From Vicugna vicugna (taxonomy: Eukaryota), in contig MU062811.1 in the NCBI GenBank assembly GCA_013265495.1, positions 5,079,007 to 5,143,006 on the forward strand: a DNA stretch of 64,000 nt, written 5' to 3'. The position numbers and the translations under genes are program-made. A model generated the notes under the pieces. The model had not been told where the DNA came from and did no database searches. It saw nothing but the letters and a program-made list of their open reading frames with translations. Positions 38,425 through 51,339 of the stretch are shown in pieces. How positions within the stretch are numbered: the first letter of the stretch is position 1; every line of letters starts with the position of its first letter.

Positions 38425-38600
38425 ACTGAAATGATGACGATGATTATTACGCCCTGCCAGGCACTATTCTAAGTGCTTTATATTCATTAATTCTTTGCAG
38501 GATACTCACAACTATACCTGTAAGATGGTACCATTATTACTCCTTTTTTTACAGATGAGCCAACAGGCCTAGAGGGATTAAGTGAACCCCAGGTTACAGT
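38425..38600 (-). mobile_element. MIR
   Basis: tgccaggcactattctaagtgctttata...ttttacagatgagcc. Confidence 0.7.
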
Positions 38601-41600
38601 ATGGGCTGACCTAAGATTCTACTGCAGGGACTCTAGCTGCAGAGCCTGCTCCAGTCCCAGCAACATCACTTACTGGGAGTCCCAAAGTGCTGGGATCTCC
38701 TTTCAACGCTGCCATAAGCTCAACTCAATCAGTCAGAATGCTGTGCTAGACCAAGAGGGCCTGCCTAAGAGGCCCCACTTCCTGTGACTGAAGAACCAGT
38801 AATTCAAACTTTTGTAGGCAAAAAAACAAAGCAGCAAGCCACAAGTGCTGCCAACACTACGTGCAAAGACAGTCAAATGATGGCCATCTGTGGAGAGGAG
38901 TGGGGAGTCATGAAGTTAGGGAAAACCAGCAGACCCTTGGGTCTAAAGACAGTGGAGGGAAAAGGGGGATACCCTGCATGCAGGATATCAGTACCCAAGA
39001 CAAAACCTTCAGTGAAACGGCGCCCAGGAGAAGCAATGAGTAGATCACTGCAGTAGCGACAAAGACACAGGCTGGACCTCTGCTTGCAGGTAGCTTCACT
39101 CATTAATCACCAAGTTTTTGGACTTGGTGGGAAACAATCCTGCTACAGCAGCAGCACTGGTGGTCACAAGCGCCTCAGGATCCTGCCATGTTCCCTCCCT
39201 GAGAAAGAGTCCTAACTGCTGTTCAGGAAGTGCCAGAACGTGGTGACTAGTGGCTTCCACCTTTCCTACAAATACTCGATATGGGACAAACTCAAACTGT
39301 TCCCCATGGCTGAAGGACCTGCTGAGCTGGCAAAGACCAAAAATTATTCTGTCTCCTATTTTCTTCCCCAGCGCACCTGGATAGACAGTCCCTCTGCACT
39401 GATCCAAAAGGTCTGGGATCTCACTGGATTTAGCAACCAGGAATCAGGAGTCCCGATTCCCTTCTGGATTCACAAATGGGGAGCCAAGCACAGACCTTCT
39501 GGCCAGGCTGAGGGCCTTTTGCAAAGCTGTGAACTGCAAAGAAATGGAGCTATATCTTAGAGCTTCCAGTGAAAGATGTGTTAACACAAAGTTGCTTTGA
39601 GTGGCATGAGGTGGAGAGAAAGCCCACTCACTGGAGAGGCCCAGTTCAGAGACCCATTCAGTATTAGGGGGGAGGGAGGTTGTTTACAGACATCGTCCAA
39701 ACTCATGCCTCAATGAGCAGAGCCCCAGAGGAGGCAGATCTTTGTGTTGCCAACTTCCCAAAGAGCACAGAGGAAAATAGGCTGAGGTGGCTCAAAACCA
39801 GCTTGACTGGTTCTACAGAGAAGCCACTGGTCTGCTCCGCCTTCCTTCTGTTAAAAAGAAAAAGGTGGCTTGGAGCCAATCATTGACCCACCCACCCCTC
39901 CACCCCTCCCCACTGTCCCACTGGATCCACCTAGCCACCAAGATCAGTGTCCATTTCACCCTCCCCCAACCAAATCTTGTGATTACGACTTTATAAACCT
40001 AAAATCAACCATTTGCTGCACAAGAAATACATTTGTTTTTGCCCTTTTCTAATGAGATGTAAGGATTAAGTGGAAGTAAGGGGGAATGAGCGCCAACCCA
40101 AGAGACAGACACCTGTGGAAAGAACTCCCCACAGAGACTGAGAAACTTCAAACACTCAAGACAAAAACGGACATCCAGATGAATGGATCTAGCTTATTTT
40201 TCCTCTCAAAAGGAGGAGCAGGTCTAGTGGGCAAGAGAAGAAACTGGGATCCCTCCTCTTCTGAGAGATAACTGGAAACCAAAGGGCCAGATTTTCTCTT
40301 GGTGTTTTTTCAGAACCAGACATACCATCTCAAAGTCTTAAAAAAACAGCAATGACATTCAATGGCCTGCACTGAAAGGGCTGTGGTGGGGTGGTGACAT
40401 TTTGCTCAGAGAGCTAGAATTTTCAGAGTTAACCTGGGGATAGACGGCCTCTTCCCAGGCCACAAGTGGGAAATGGGTGGTTCCTCCCCCACAAGGTTTG
40501 TAAAGGCTTACTCCTCCTTTTGCTGAGACAGAAGGGGAAAATGCATAGATAACACTTCAGTGACTCACTCATATTTGGTGAAGGCAGGGAGAAAGCCTGG
40601 AGAATCCAAGCTTCAAGTGCAAAATGTACAAACACTGGAATCTACCATCGAGAGAAGGAAACCCAGCCACCTATCTGGTTTGTCATTTTGCTGAACTTCC
40701 GCTGAAGAAGGAAGGGCCGGGCTTAAACTCCGCCCACCCTTTCCACATCCCTCTCAGTTTTTGCTTTGACAGGAAAGTGGCGAACGTGGCTGCATCACCA
40801 CCACGGCTGAGAGAGGAACTCTTTCTATACCCTCCCTCAGAGCAGGACCTAGCAGTCAGTCTGCCACTTAACCAAGTGGAGCGAGCTGGGGCTGGACCTG
40901 GTTATGGCAGGAAAACCTCATCCACAGTCTCAGGGAAGGAAGGACGACCCTCCTCGCCCTTTCCATCTGCAGAGGTTACTTCATCCCAATCCATTAATGG
41001 GCTTCAGAGTGCTGCTGGGGGGGGTCCATTTAGCAGAGACACTATCATGGGGCCAACGGTGGTGCCCAGCCCCCACCCCAGTTGTCGATAATGGGCTACA
41101 AAATCTGAGGCTTGGCTGCACTCTAGGCATAAAATATTCATTTAAGTCAACATAATACATATGTAGGAAAGTCATGGAAGCTCCTGGGAGAAGAGAAATG
41201 CCAGGCAGGTGGCTACGAGCTCAGTGGGAAAGAGTTCATGTAGGCATGGGTTAGTCCTGGTCAAATGCCCACTGCGAATTAGGTTGTTTTGTACAAAGAG
41301 GAAGCAGTCCAGTCTGAGAAGTTTCTAACTCCCAAGAGCTCTAACCATGCAAACCTCTCAGAACAAATTCCCAACTTTTCCTACCTCATAGGCATGAACT
41401 TTGTTTAAGATATTTATGCCGAAAAAAAAAATCTCGGGCCCAATCTTCGGTCACCATCACAAAAATGCTGTTATCCCTGGGCAAACTTGATTTTAACTGA
41501 AGCAAGCCAACTTTCAATGACCGCCTTCTGTCTGTTCAGCTATTTCTCAAATTCCACAGACTAGAGAGAAATTATTACAATTTACTAGGTAGTTACATTT

Positions 41601-44600
41601 ACCTTTAGGTTCAGAGGTTGTGGATGGCAACTCTATGAACTCCAGGGACTCCTAGAGCCCTCAAACAACACCTCTTCCCTGATTCCAAGGGCCAAGCAGA
41701 AAGTGGGAAATATGGTCTGACATTCACCCACATCCCTGACCAGGAGGCAGCACCACCAAGGAGCCTTGGCCAGAGTCACAGGGCAGAGGTCAGAGTCAGC
41801 ATTCAGAGCATGGTGCTGGCTGCACAGCTTGTGGGGCAGGGAGTGAAACAAGAGTGAACCGAGCTCTCTACCAGACAACACTAAAACCAGATTATTCAGT
41901 GACACATTCTGCCAGAATCAACACTGGGATCCAAGCGATATATGTGGTTGGACTGGCTCAGTTGTTCTCAAAAGTCAGATTTGCTCTCTCACCCAGACTT
42001 CCAAACTCCTCTCCCAGAACCATCTGAGAGAATAAACAATGCCACTCACTCCCTGGAAGGAGGACAGCAACCCCCTCCCTTGCCCACTGCAGTAGACATG
42101 GGGTGGGTCCTGAGGCGCAGGGCTGGGGCAGGTCTGAAGCCCTGTAGCCCCTTGACCAGGTGCTACAGAAAGCTCCTGGCAGTAGCAGGTGAACTGTGGA
42201 AGTTGGACCCCTCTCCACTTGCCTATTACTGCTGCTGCTGGCTGGAGGACAAACAGTCATCTTGCTGATTGTTTTCACCACTGCCAAGCCTCCAGGCCAG
42301 CAGAACCATTTGGAAAAGAAGTGAACAGAAAGCTCAGCTCACAGACTAAGAATCCCCAAAACTACCAGCCCCAGGTCACCACCCTCCTCCTGCAAAAGGA
42401 AGATGAGTGTATGGCTGTGAAAGCACATCTGCAATCAGGTGTCACAAAAATCACAATGAAGACAGGCCCTGATTTTCTTTCATCTCCTACTTTCACTGTT
42501 AAAAGCAGAGTCGATGGCAAACAGACAATCTCTCTGCAACACAAGGTTTATTTTTTTGCGCTTCAACATTTTCTGTGTTGTGTGTATGTGTGTTTAATTC
42601 AGATGTGATCAAAGAGCTCCAAGAAACAGCTTCTCATCAGCCACATGTCTTAAAGGAAGAGGGAGAGAAAGAGCAAGAACAGATTGGAGCTTGAAGACAA
42701 CCAGTAGAGTTTGTTTACCTATCTTCTGGTGAAACCAGTTTAAATAATTAAAATCTAAATAAGGTAACAGAGGATCTTTGGGGGAAAGGAAACAACCCAA
42801 CCAAATTCCCTGCTTCTTATTTCACAACACTAAGGCTCAGGCAATGACTACTTTAGCTAGATTGGCAACAGGACCAGGAAGAGCTTTCTGGTCTCACCTG
42901 GTGGCATGATCTATTCTAGAGGTCAGTGCTTCAGGTCTCTCTGGCCTTATGACCAGAGGAGCTGCTACTTGTCTTCTCTCTTGTTTTAGAAAATACAGGC
43001 ACCTATCTGTAATAAGTGTATCAAAGGTTTTCCAAAGCCCATGCTTTTAACAGGAGGAGACTTAATATCAAGTCAATAATGCAGCTACCCTGAGAACGAC
43101 AGCAGAAGTGATGAAGTGGCTCAGGAGAACCTAAATCCACACAGTGGACACAGGATGAGTAATTCATTATTTGGAACAGGAATGACAAAGTATACAGCCA
43201 GCGCTCTGGATAAAGCTATCAAAGAGCAGCTGACTTCCCAAATGGGCCACCGAGTATTGCTATGGTAAAGTCAACGGGTGTGCAATGACTTCCTACTGTG
43301 TGCTCCGCAGTACACAAGGAATGCTGGGAAGAGGAAATCAATGTACACATCACAAGAGAAAGACCACGGCAAGAATATATTTACATTTAGTAAACAGCAC
43401 AGAGAAATCACATTGACGCACTCTGTTACCCCACTCTGCTGAACACAAGGCCCCCCACAGCCTCACTGAGAGAGTAGGCACTCCACCGCCACTCCCCAGA
43501 TGCCTGAGGGTGCCAGTCAGTCACTCGGCCTCTGCCTACCAGCTCAGAATTAACAGTCTGGGAAAGTCCTTTGGTTAAGCACAGTTTACCTGCTAAAATA
43601 AAGGTTGTAGTAGGAAAAAGAATAGAACAGGCAACCTTAAGCAGGCCTAGAGAAAGTGGTTCCCAGTAAGGAGAGAAACAGCTGGCAAGCAAGGGAAAGA
43701 CTGTGAGATAGAGACCATGCTCCTGTTTCCAAAGACCTCAGGCCCATGCACAACCAGCTGCCAAACCCAGTGATGAAATGGAAATCAACCAGCCCTCCCT
43801 CTCAACCCCTGTTTCACTCTCAGAAGCTATCAATCAATCCATCAGTAATGAAAGGGTCAACCACTGCGGAGAAAAACTCATGCAGAACTTCTCTTGAGTT
43901 CCTGACTGCCCAGATGACAGACAGTGAGGGGTTAAAAAAAAGAGAAACGTAGGAAAAATGAAAAGAGGGAAGATTTTTCAGAGAAAGATGTTAATGAGCA
44001 AGAGAATATAACAACACTTCTACTGCACTACACAGAAAGAAGGGAATAGGAAGAAAACAAAGAATGTAATGACAGAAAAGGAGGCAACAAGCACTGCAAG
44101 CCTCAGAGCAGAACAGCTCCTTTTCAAGTCAAGTTTTTTGACCTAATAAAGTTCTTCACCAAGAATAGTGTGACAGGCAGGGGACTCTCCACAGAGCAGG
44201 AAGCAAGAGACACTGGAGATGGTGAAAGAAAGGGGAGGGGTGGAAAGTAGACGCCTCTCGGCTCAGAGGTGAGATGACACAGAAAAGGCTAAGGCTTGGG
44301 TGACAAATGACAGCAGTGATTGCCAGGATAGGGGGTGTGTAGCCCAAGAAACTAGCATGCAAAATGCCTGGAGCAGGAGTTACAGACTAGCCAATCACAA
44401 GGGGATGAAAAGGGGCACATGTGGGGAAAATAAAAAATGATGTAAAGAAGGCAGGAGACTAATATGGAGATGAAAGGCAATCCTGATTACGAGGCAGACT
44501 AAGAAAGATGCGGTGAGGGTGGAGAAACCGGAAGGCAACAAGCAAGGAGGAAGATACTGTGTAAAGGGACAGATCCAGGAGTGAAGAGACAAGAAAATAC

Positions 44601-45399
44601 GGTTGGTGCTGCGGTGTAAGACAGAAAAGCAAGGACGGTGATGCAGGGAGGCCTGGGAAAGGACCGAGCAACAGGTTGTGTCTATGGAGTGGGGCTGAAA
44701 TAGTGAGTGTCTTTCCCTGGGTAGGAAGTGACCAGGGACAAGGCTGACAAAGCACTCAGAGTGAGAAAGAGGAGGTCAAGGCTTAAAACAAAAACAAAAA
44801 CAAAAAACAAAACCCAGAGGAAGAGAACGCGAAGGATCCAAGGACTCTGAAGGGAGTGATGACTGGAACCCCAAAGACAACCTGTGGGAAAACTATGCGC
44901 ATGACAGCTGTATGGGAAACACGGAAGCAACAAATGCCAGCGCGAGGCACCAGGGAGCTCCTGGAGAAGAGAAGGGAAAGTGATGAGCAAAGAGTAGGCG
45001 AACGATTTGGAAAGGTGATGAGGGTGGAGCTGGTGGGTTGCAAGCAAGAGGGTGAGCACAATTTGGAGAACGAAGAGGCAGAGTAAAAAGCTGAGGAACG
45101 AGAAGGAGATAGGGATCGAGAACACACTCCGGGGCAAGGACCCTGAGGGTGATAACTGGGACTGGGAGAACCGGTGCGGGCGGAGGGGAAGCAAGGCTGG
45201 AGGGATGCAGGAAGAGGTGGACAACGATCGCGGGGTGGTATTTGAGAAGCAGGAGGGTGGCTGCTTTAAGCGTGGGTGGAGGAAGACCAGAAAGGCCCCT
45301 GAAAGAAAAAGGGAAGAGAAGAGGAAGCTGGGGAGGTAACACGGAAGAGCGCAGAGGGCGGTGAGGGGAGAAGGAGGGGTCGGCAGAAAGACAAGTGTG

Positions 45400-46450
45400 C
45401 AGTTCGGAGTCTGGACGAGGTGGGTCCCAGGACAGGACTCGCAAGGGGGATGTGCGGAACCCGGAGCCAGATGACAGGGCAGCCGAGGCTTACAGGATGG
45501 CAGCAGGGGCACGAGGAGAGTTGAGGAGGGAGGAGGCTCTGCAAGGTGCAGGGGCCCAGCCAGAGAATTTGGGGAGCCCTCAGGGCTCCTTACCTGCTCG
45601 GTGTCCCTCTCGTTCAGCGTGGGTAGGGGGGTCCGGGCGCTGGACATGGCGNNNNNNNNNNNNNNNNNNNNNNNNNNNNNNNNNNNNNNNNNNNNNNNNN
45701 NNNNNNNNNNNNNNNNNNNNNNNNNNNNNNNNNNNNNNNNNNNNNNNNNNNNNNNNNNNNNNNNNNNNNNNNNNNNNNNNNNNNNNNNNNNNNNNNNNNN
45801 NNNNNNNNNNNNNNNNNNNNNNNNNNNNNNNNNNNNNNNNNNNNNNNNNNNNNNNNNNNNNNNNNNNNNNNNNNNNNNNNNNNNNNNNNNNNNNNNNNNN
45901 NNNNNNNNNNNNNNNNNNNNNNNNNNNNNNNNNNNNNNNNNNNNNNNNNNNNNNNNNNNNNNNNNNNNNNNNNNNNNNNNNNNNNNNNNNNNNNNNNNNN
46001 NNNNNNNNNNNNNNNNNNNNNNNNNNNNNNNNNNNNNNNNNNNNNNNNNNNNNNNCTTTCCGCCGGCAGCAGCCGGAAACATCCGAAGCAGCTAGAAACG
46101 GGAGGGGGGCGCGCCTTCTCCTCCCGGTCACGGACTACGGGTGAATTCCGGAAACACCCGAAGAAGGTAACCCCGGGGACGCGCGCGCCTCCTCGATTCC
46201 GAAGACCAAGCTTCGGCTCTGTTTACGGAAATCCACGAAGGGACTCCGGGTACTCCAGCCACGCCCACAGGCCTTTCCCCGCCCACTTCAAGCTGGCTCT
46301 CGGCAGTTTCCGGAAACACCCGAAGCCACTCCGGGTGCCGTGAGCCAGCCACGCCCCAATCCCTCCCCGCAGCCGACGGCAGTCGTCGGCCATTTCCGGC
46401 AACACCCGAGGTGGGGGGAGTCTTGGGTCATTCCCTCTGGTGGTACCCAG
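45400..46450 (-). promoter_or_regulatory. MARK2 CpG-island promoter/5'UTR (404-nt N gap at 45652-46055)
   Basis: Dense CpGs on both sides of the gap; GC/GT boxes (ccccgccc, gccacgccc) and repeated CCGGAA ETS-type cores immediately upstream of exon 1. Confidence 0.85.
45594..45647 (-). CDS. MARK2: MARK2 exon 1 coding part
   Basis: cgccATG at 45647; MSSARTPLPTLNERDTEQ; donor CAG|gtaagg, phase 0, matching exon 2. Confidence 0.98.
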
Positions 46451-48814
46451 TCTGACTGTTCGTTTCTTTCCGTCAGTTTTCGGGTATTTTCAAACCTTGA
46501 ACAGGGAGCGTGGATCACCTTGCGTGTTGAACTATTTCACTAAATAGAAAACAAGGCATCCTTTGGTTCTAAAGCAGCTCCCTGTCTACGTCTGTCGGTC
46601 AGCTCATAAAATCTATCTCGTTTACCATCCAACCTGTCAACACGTGTGTCACCTGTCAGATGCAGTCTTAGTCTATTACCTGTCTACCTGCCCTTCATCA
46701 CTTGCCATCGTCTATCTTGGCTTCTATTTAGCTATCCATGCACCCACATCTAGTCCGCAGGGCTCCTCAGGTCCCAGGCAAACACCAGGTCAACGTCCTT
46801 GGCTCCCTGCTGAGGAAGGCTGCAGAGGTCGCCCACCCCGACCCCAACCAGCGCTGCATTCCACCTCCAGCTCTGTGTAGTGAAAATGCTATGTGATCTT
46901 GGAAAAATCACATAACATCTCAGCATTTAGACTCCTTAATATCCTTATATTGAGAGTGTTCAGGTCTTTGTTCCAGTGGTGACATTCTAAATAACATCTC
47001 TGAATCTCAGTTACCTTTTTTCTTCTCTTTCAAAAAAAACCTAAATTGTTCAAAATAGCATGAAACAACATCGCAATATGGCAATACTGAGTCACACCAG
47101 TTCCCTTTTTAAATACTCCTGTGAGGTAGGGCTGGAGAGACATTCTCATCTTAATTAACATTTCAGTTATCCCTCCTAAGACAAGGAAAGTCATGGGAAA
47201 GAAAAGAGAAACTGGTTGAAATTGAGGGTTCCTCAGGATAGCACAAAGAATGGGCACCTGGGAAGGTTCCTTTCCTTCCCTGGGACTCAGTTTCTCCATT
47301 AATGAATTGAAGTCATTAGGTTCATGAACTCTGAGGACCCTCTCATCTCTGGAGAGCCCCTGATTCTACCAGGAAGTCCATATGTCAACCTGAGTTCTGC
47401 CATCAGTTTCCCTGGGACTGTCTCACCAGAGAGAGGCGGGAGAATGGCCAGTCTGATTCCTCTGGCTCCAAGCTGCCCCTACTCATTGTACTCTGGACAT
47501 GTTGGAACCACCCGCCAAACCCAAACTCACCCTACGCTCAACAGCAGCTTAAGGTGAGCAGAAGCCAGAGTCCTCACAAGAGCCAGAGACCAAGCTCAAG
47601 CAACAAGTCCCCAAAGGTACAGGAGCAAAGGGGCCCAAGGATTTGTTAGGGAAAAGTGCTAGTTGAATCTCTGGCACTTACTTCCAGCTCCCAGCTACAG
47701 CCTACTGAGCAGAGCCTTTGGCTAAGTAAACCAGAGAAATGGGCAGTCAGACAGAAGCAATGAGAGGATGTTATGAATATACTTCCTAAGGCAACAGGTA
47801 TGACCTACAGTCCTAGTAAATACTTGGGACTCCAGGACCTCCCCATGCCCCACCTCAGCTCCATTCAGGCACCCAGCTGTTGAGAAAGAAGTTGGTGAAG
47901 GAACACCGAAGGTGAGAGGAAAAAAAGAAGAAGTGAAGACAGGACATTCCCCGACCCCAAATTCATCCAGAAAATTCATGAGAATAATCTGCCCTCTGGT
48001 GGCCAAAGGGAGACTCACTGCTGATTCCTGGGCTCGGGTCTGGAAGAAGGGAAAAGAGAAAGGAGTTGTTGGAGCAAAGGACTTAGGGGTCTTTCCTGGC
48101 CTTTGTCTAAGCAAACTTCTCTAAGCAAACTCTACCTCCTCCATGTATCTCCTCACTCAAGTTCTCACCTCTGCACTCTGCCCCTCAACCCCTACCCCAC
48201 CCAACCTGTTCTCTCTTCTTCCTCAGAAGGCTGCCTAACCGGTCTCCCTGCCTAGACTCCCTCCAACCTGCCCCACCAGACATGCCAGAATAATCTTCCT
48301 AAAGTTCAGCTCCAATTACATCTCTGCCCTGCTCTAAGACTTTAACTGGCTCCCTTGTGGTACAGGCAGGCTGACTTCACGGGTCTGGGACTCCCCTCTC
48401 TTAGCAGGGCTTTGATTTAATCTTCTACCGTCACCCTCTTGACATTTTTACCAAGGGGGCCTTGCATTTTCCTTTTGCATGGGGCCACACAAATTTTGTA
48501 GCCAGTCCTGGCAGTGGGAAAAGCCTTTAGCATGCATTGAAAACTTGGCATCATCTGGCCTCAACATACCTTGTGATTATCATCTCCAACTAGGGGAGGA
48601 TAACACTTTCCTGAAACTGCTGCCTGGTCAAGTTCTCTCACCTTCATGCTTTTATTCAGGTTGATCAATGTCCAGTCACCTACCTCAACTGGAATCCCAG
48701 ATGTACTTCAAGATCCAGTTCAAATATCATCTTCTCAAATCCCTGAACCTACCTCGTTCTCCTCAATGATTCATTATTGCCATACCCTTACCTCTCTTGA
48801 ATCTGCAAATTCAT

Positions 48815-49610
48815 CCATTCACAAATCTCTACTAAGCACCTCCTATGTGCAAGGCACAGTTCTAGGCTCTTCAGGTATATCAATGAACAAAATAGACAAT
48901 GCTTTTTGCCCTTGGGGAGCTTACATTTCAGCTGGAGGAAGACAGACAACAAACATAATAAGCACTAAGTGCCTTGGGAAAAAATAAGAGCCACCTAAGA
49001 GGGGATCAGGATTGCAGAGGTGAGGCGAAAGGATGGAAAATGAGTTGCAGTATTAAAGAGGTCAGTGCATCTCGCTAAGAAGGTGACACTTGAACAAAGA
49101 TTTAAAGGAGGTAAGGGAGTGAGTTCTGCAGCTATCTGGTGGAAGAGCATTCTAGGCAGTGGGTGTGGCCAGTGGAAAGGCCCTGGGGCAGGAGGGGACC
49201 TGGCTGTTTAAAGAACAAGAAAGCCAATGCGTAGGGGTGAGTAGTGGGAGAAGAGGGCAGAAAGATGATGGGGAGCCAGGCCTTGTGGGCCACTGCTTTG
49301 CCTTTTCCTCAGAGTGAGGTGGGGAGCCACAGCAGTGACATGGTCTGACTGGCTATGGGGTTGAGAAGAGAGTGAAGGGGCACGGTGGGAGCAGAAATCT
49401 GGAAACCCTGAAGGAGGCCTTGGCAATAATTCGAGTGAGAGATGACCGTGGCTCAGAGCAGGGCAGCAATGGTGCATGTAGTGAGAAGTGGTCAGATTTG
49501 GGATATACTGGGAAGGTAGAGCTGACAGGATTTCTTGATGGATTGATCTAGGAGGTGTGTTGAGAGAGAAGAGTTAAGGATAATTCTAAGCTTTCCAGCC
49601 TGAACAACTG
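48815..49610 (-). mobile_element. L2 3' region
   Basis: cattcacaaatctctactaagcacctcctatgtgcaaggcac...ggagcttacatttcagctggaggaagacag...gcattctaggcag, typical of antisense L2. Confidence 0.75.
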
Positions 49611-50124
49611 AAAACAATACAAACGTAAAAGTAAAGGCATCTATCACGGGCCCTAAACCAGGTAGAAACCAACCAACAGGACCAGTGCCCCAGGGCAGCT
49701 GTGATACCCACCTGGAATCAGGGAAGGCAGGGATTACAGATTCCCAGCTCCAGCAGGCCCAGGGGCCTTAGGGTAGCAGTCCTGGGCATGGGCGTGGTTT
49801 GGCCGGGAGAGAAAAAGCCAAGGGGAGACCAAGGTACCAGAGTGGAAGATAACTTTATTCTCACCCTATGAACCATTGCAATTCTTCTCCATCTTTCTCC
49901 TCCCGACCAGTGGAGCCAGAGCGTATGCTCATTCCAGGCAGGATTCTGAGGATCCAGAATGGCCGTCTGATCAAGAGTCAGATAACAGGATGTGGCAAGA
50001 TCCATATGTGCCCTCTGATTCACCAGAGACCCTCCTATCTTCTCACTGAGCTTTCCTCTCTGTCTCTCTCCATGTCTTTGAACTTCCATCATGTACTTTA
50101 TCACCATTACTATACATCATATTG

Positions 50125-50190
50125 ACTTTGGGACATTTCGGAGATGTTAGAGTGTGGGAAAATGGGCATCTTAGAGTCGGTAGAATAGAA
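50125..50190. mobile_element. Short TcMar-Tc2 (MER104/Kanga-like) terminal fragment
   Basis: atttcggagatgttagagtgtgggaaaatgggcatcttagagtcgg resembles the recalled MER104 end. Confidence 0.4.
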
Positions 50191-50344
50191 TATGTTTATT
50201 ATTGGTGACTCCTACCCAACCACCACCAGGACATGAGCCACACAAGGCCAGGAACTCCCAGGCTCCCTCCCTTTTCTCAGGGCTAACCCCCACCAGAGAG
50301 CTGTGTCCCGTGTGGATGTAAGCACACGTACAATGAGCAGGAGG

Positions 50345-50715
50345 CACTATTATCCAACCCCTCCACCCCCGCCCATTTACTAAGAAGGAAATCGAAGCAT
50401 AGAGATGCTTGGTCCCTTGTGAAAGTGAGTAGGAACAGGAGAATCAATCTTGGGCTTCTCGGCCTATGAGAGGCAGATCATGTAGGCTAGTGGGTAAACA
50501 AACACACAGACCTCGCTGCCAGGCTTCTCCTTAGTGGTGATCTTAGGCAAGCCTCTTAACTTCTCTCTACCTTAATTTTCCCATCTGTTATATGGGAATA
50601 ATAAAAGTACCTCCATCACAGGGTCGACATGTGAGGCCATGATGAGTTAATATATGAAACACGCTGGGACAGAGCCTGGTGGACAGCCAGTGCTTTGTGT
50701 GGGTGGCTGTTAATA
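50345..50715. mobile_element. Two MIR fragments in opposite orientation
   Basis: Minus piece at 50345-50460 (catttactaagaaggaaatcgaagcatagaga); plus piece at 50475-50715 (ttaggcaagcctcttaacttctctct...catctgttatatgggaataataaaagtacc). Confidence 0.65.
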
Positions 50716-51339
50716 CTAGGCATACTCTAGCCAGCCTCCCCAGGTCTTCTTTGAAGTCTCTCTACTATACCCTCCCCACCTCCCAGAAGAACAACACTGG
50801 TCAGAAGTAAGAGAGCCCAACCTGGTCTCAGCTTTGTCACTAAATGGATCATGTGAGCCATTATGTAACTTCCCCGCCCACTTAGGGCCTCCAGCTCCTT
50901 GTCTGCTTTCTATGGAGTTTTCCATAATGCTGTAGAGTGAGTGTGTGTGCCCCCTCCCGCAGTCACCAGTGTGCCAAGATGCTATCCCCAAGTACCCAAA
51001 GCTGTACAGCTGCCTCTGGCTGGCAGGCAGGTGTGTCTGGGGGAACACTCCCACTTTCCTCACTGCCATCCTCCCCAGGGAGAACAGCGTCTGAGGTCCC
51101 CAGCCCCAAGGAGAGCAGGGACTTTTTCTGGCTCCTGGTGATGTCCTTAGTGCCTCCAACAGTGCCTGGCACATAGCAGGCTGTCTGTGAAATCCTGGGG
51201 AATGAAAGCCACAGGGCTTTGGCCCTCCTTGTCCCCTCTGCCCAGAACTCCCTTCCCTATGTAACTGCATGGCGCTGTCTCTGCTTAAATGTCTCCAAGG
51301 AAAGCCCTGTCTAGCCTCCATCTCCAGACTGCATCCTTG

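Noticed and set aside
44682-46144. Long ORFs (466 aa minus, 249 aa plus) across MARK2 exon 1
   Set aside because: They are inflated by the 404-N gap and by stop-poor CT/GC-rich composition. The real exon ends at the GT donor after ...DTEQ.
46372-46390. GCCGACG/CGTCGGC inverted repeat upstream of MARK2
   Set aside because: A 7-bp stem in a CpG island is expected by chance.
49868-50125. Unique-looking intergenic ORF or possible pseudogene fragment
   Set aside because: No frame resembles a protein I recognise, and it is flanked by repeat remnants. A blastx search would be needed to revisit it.
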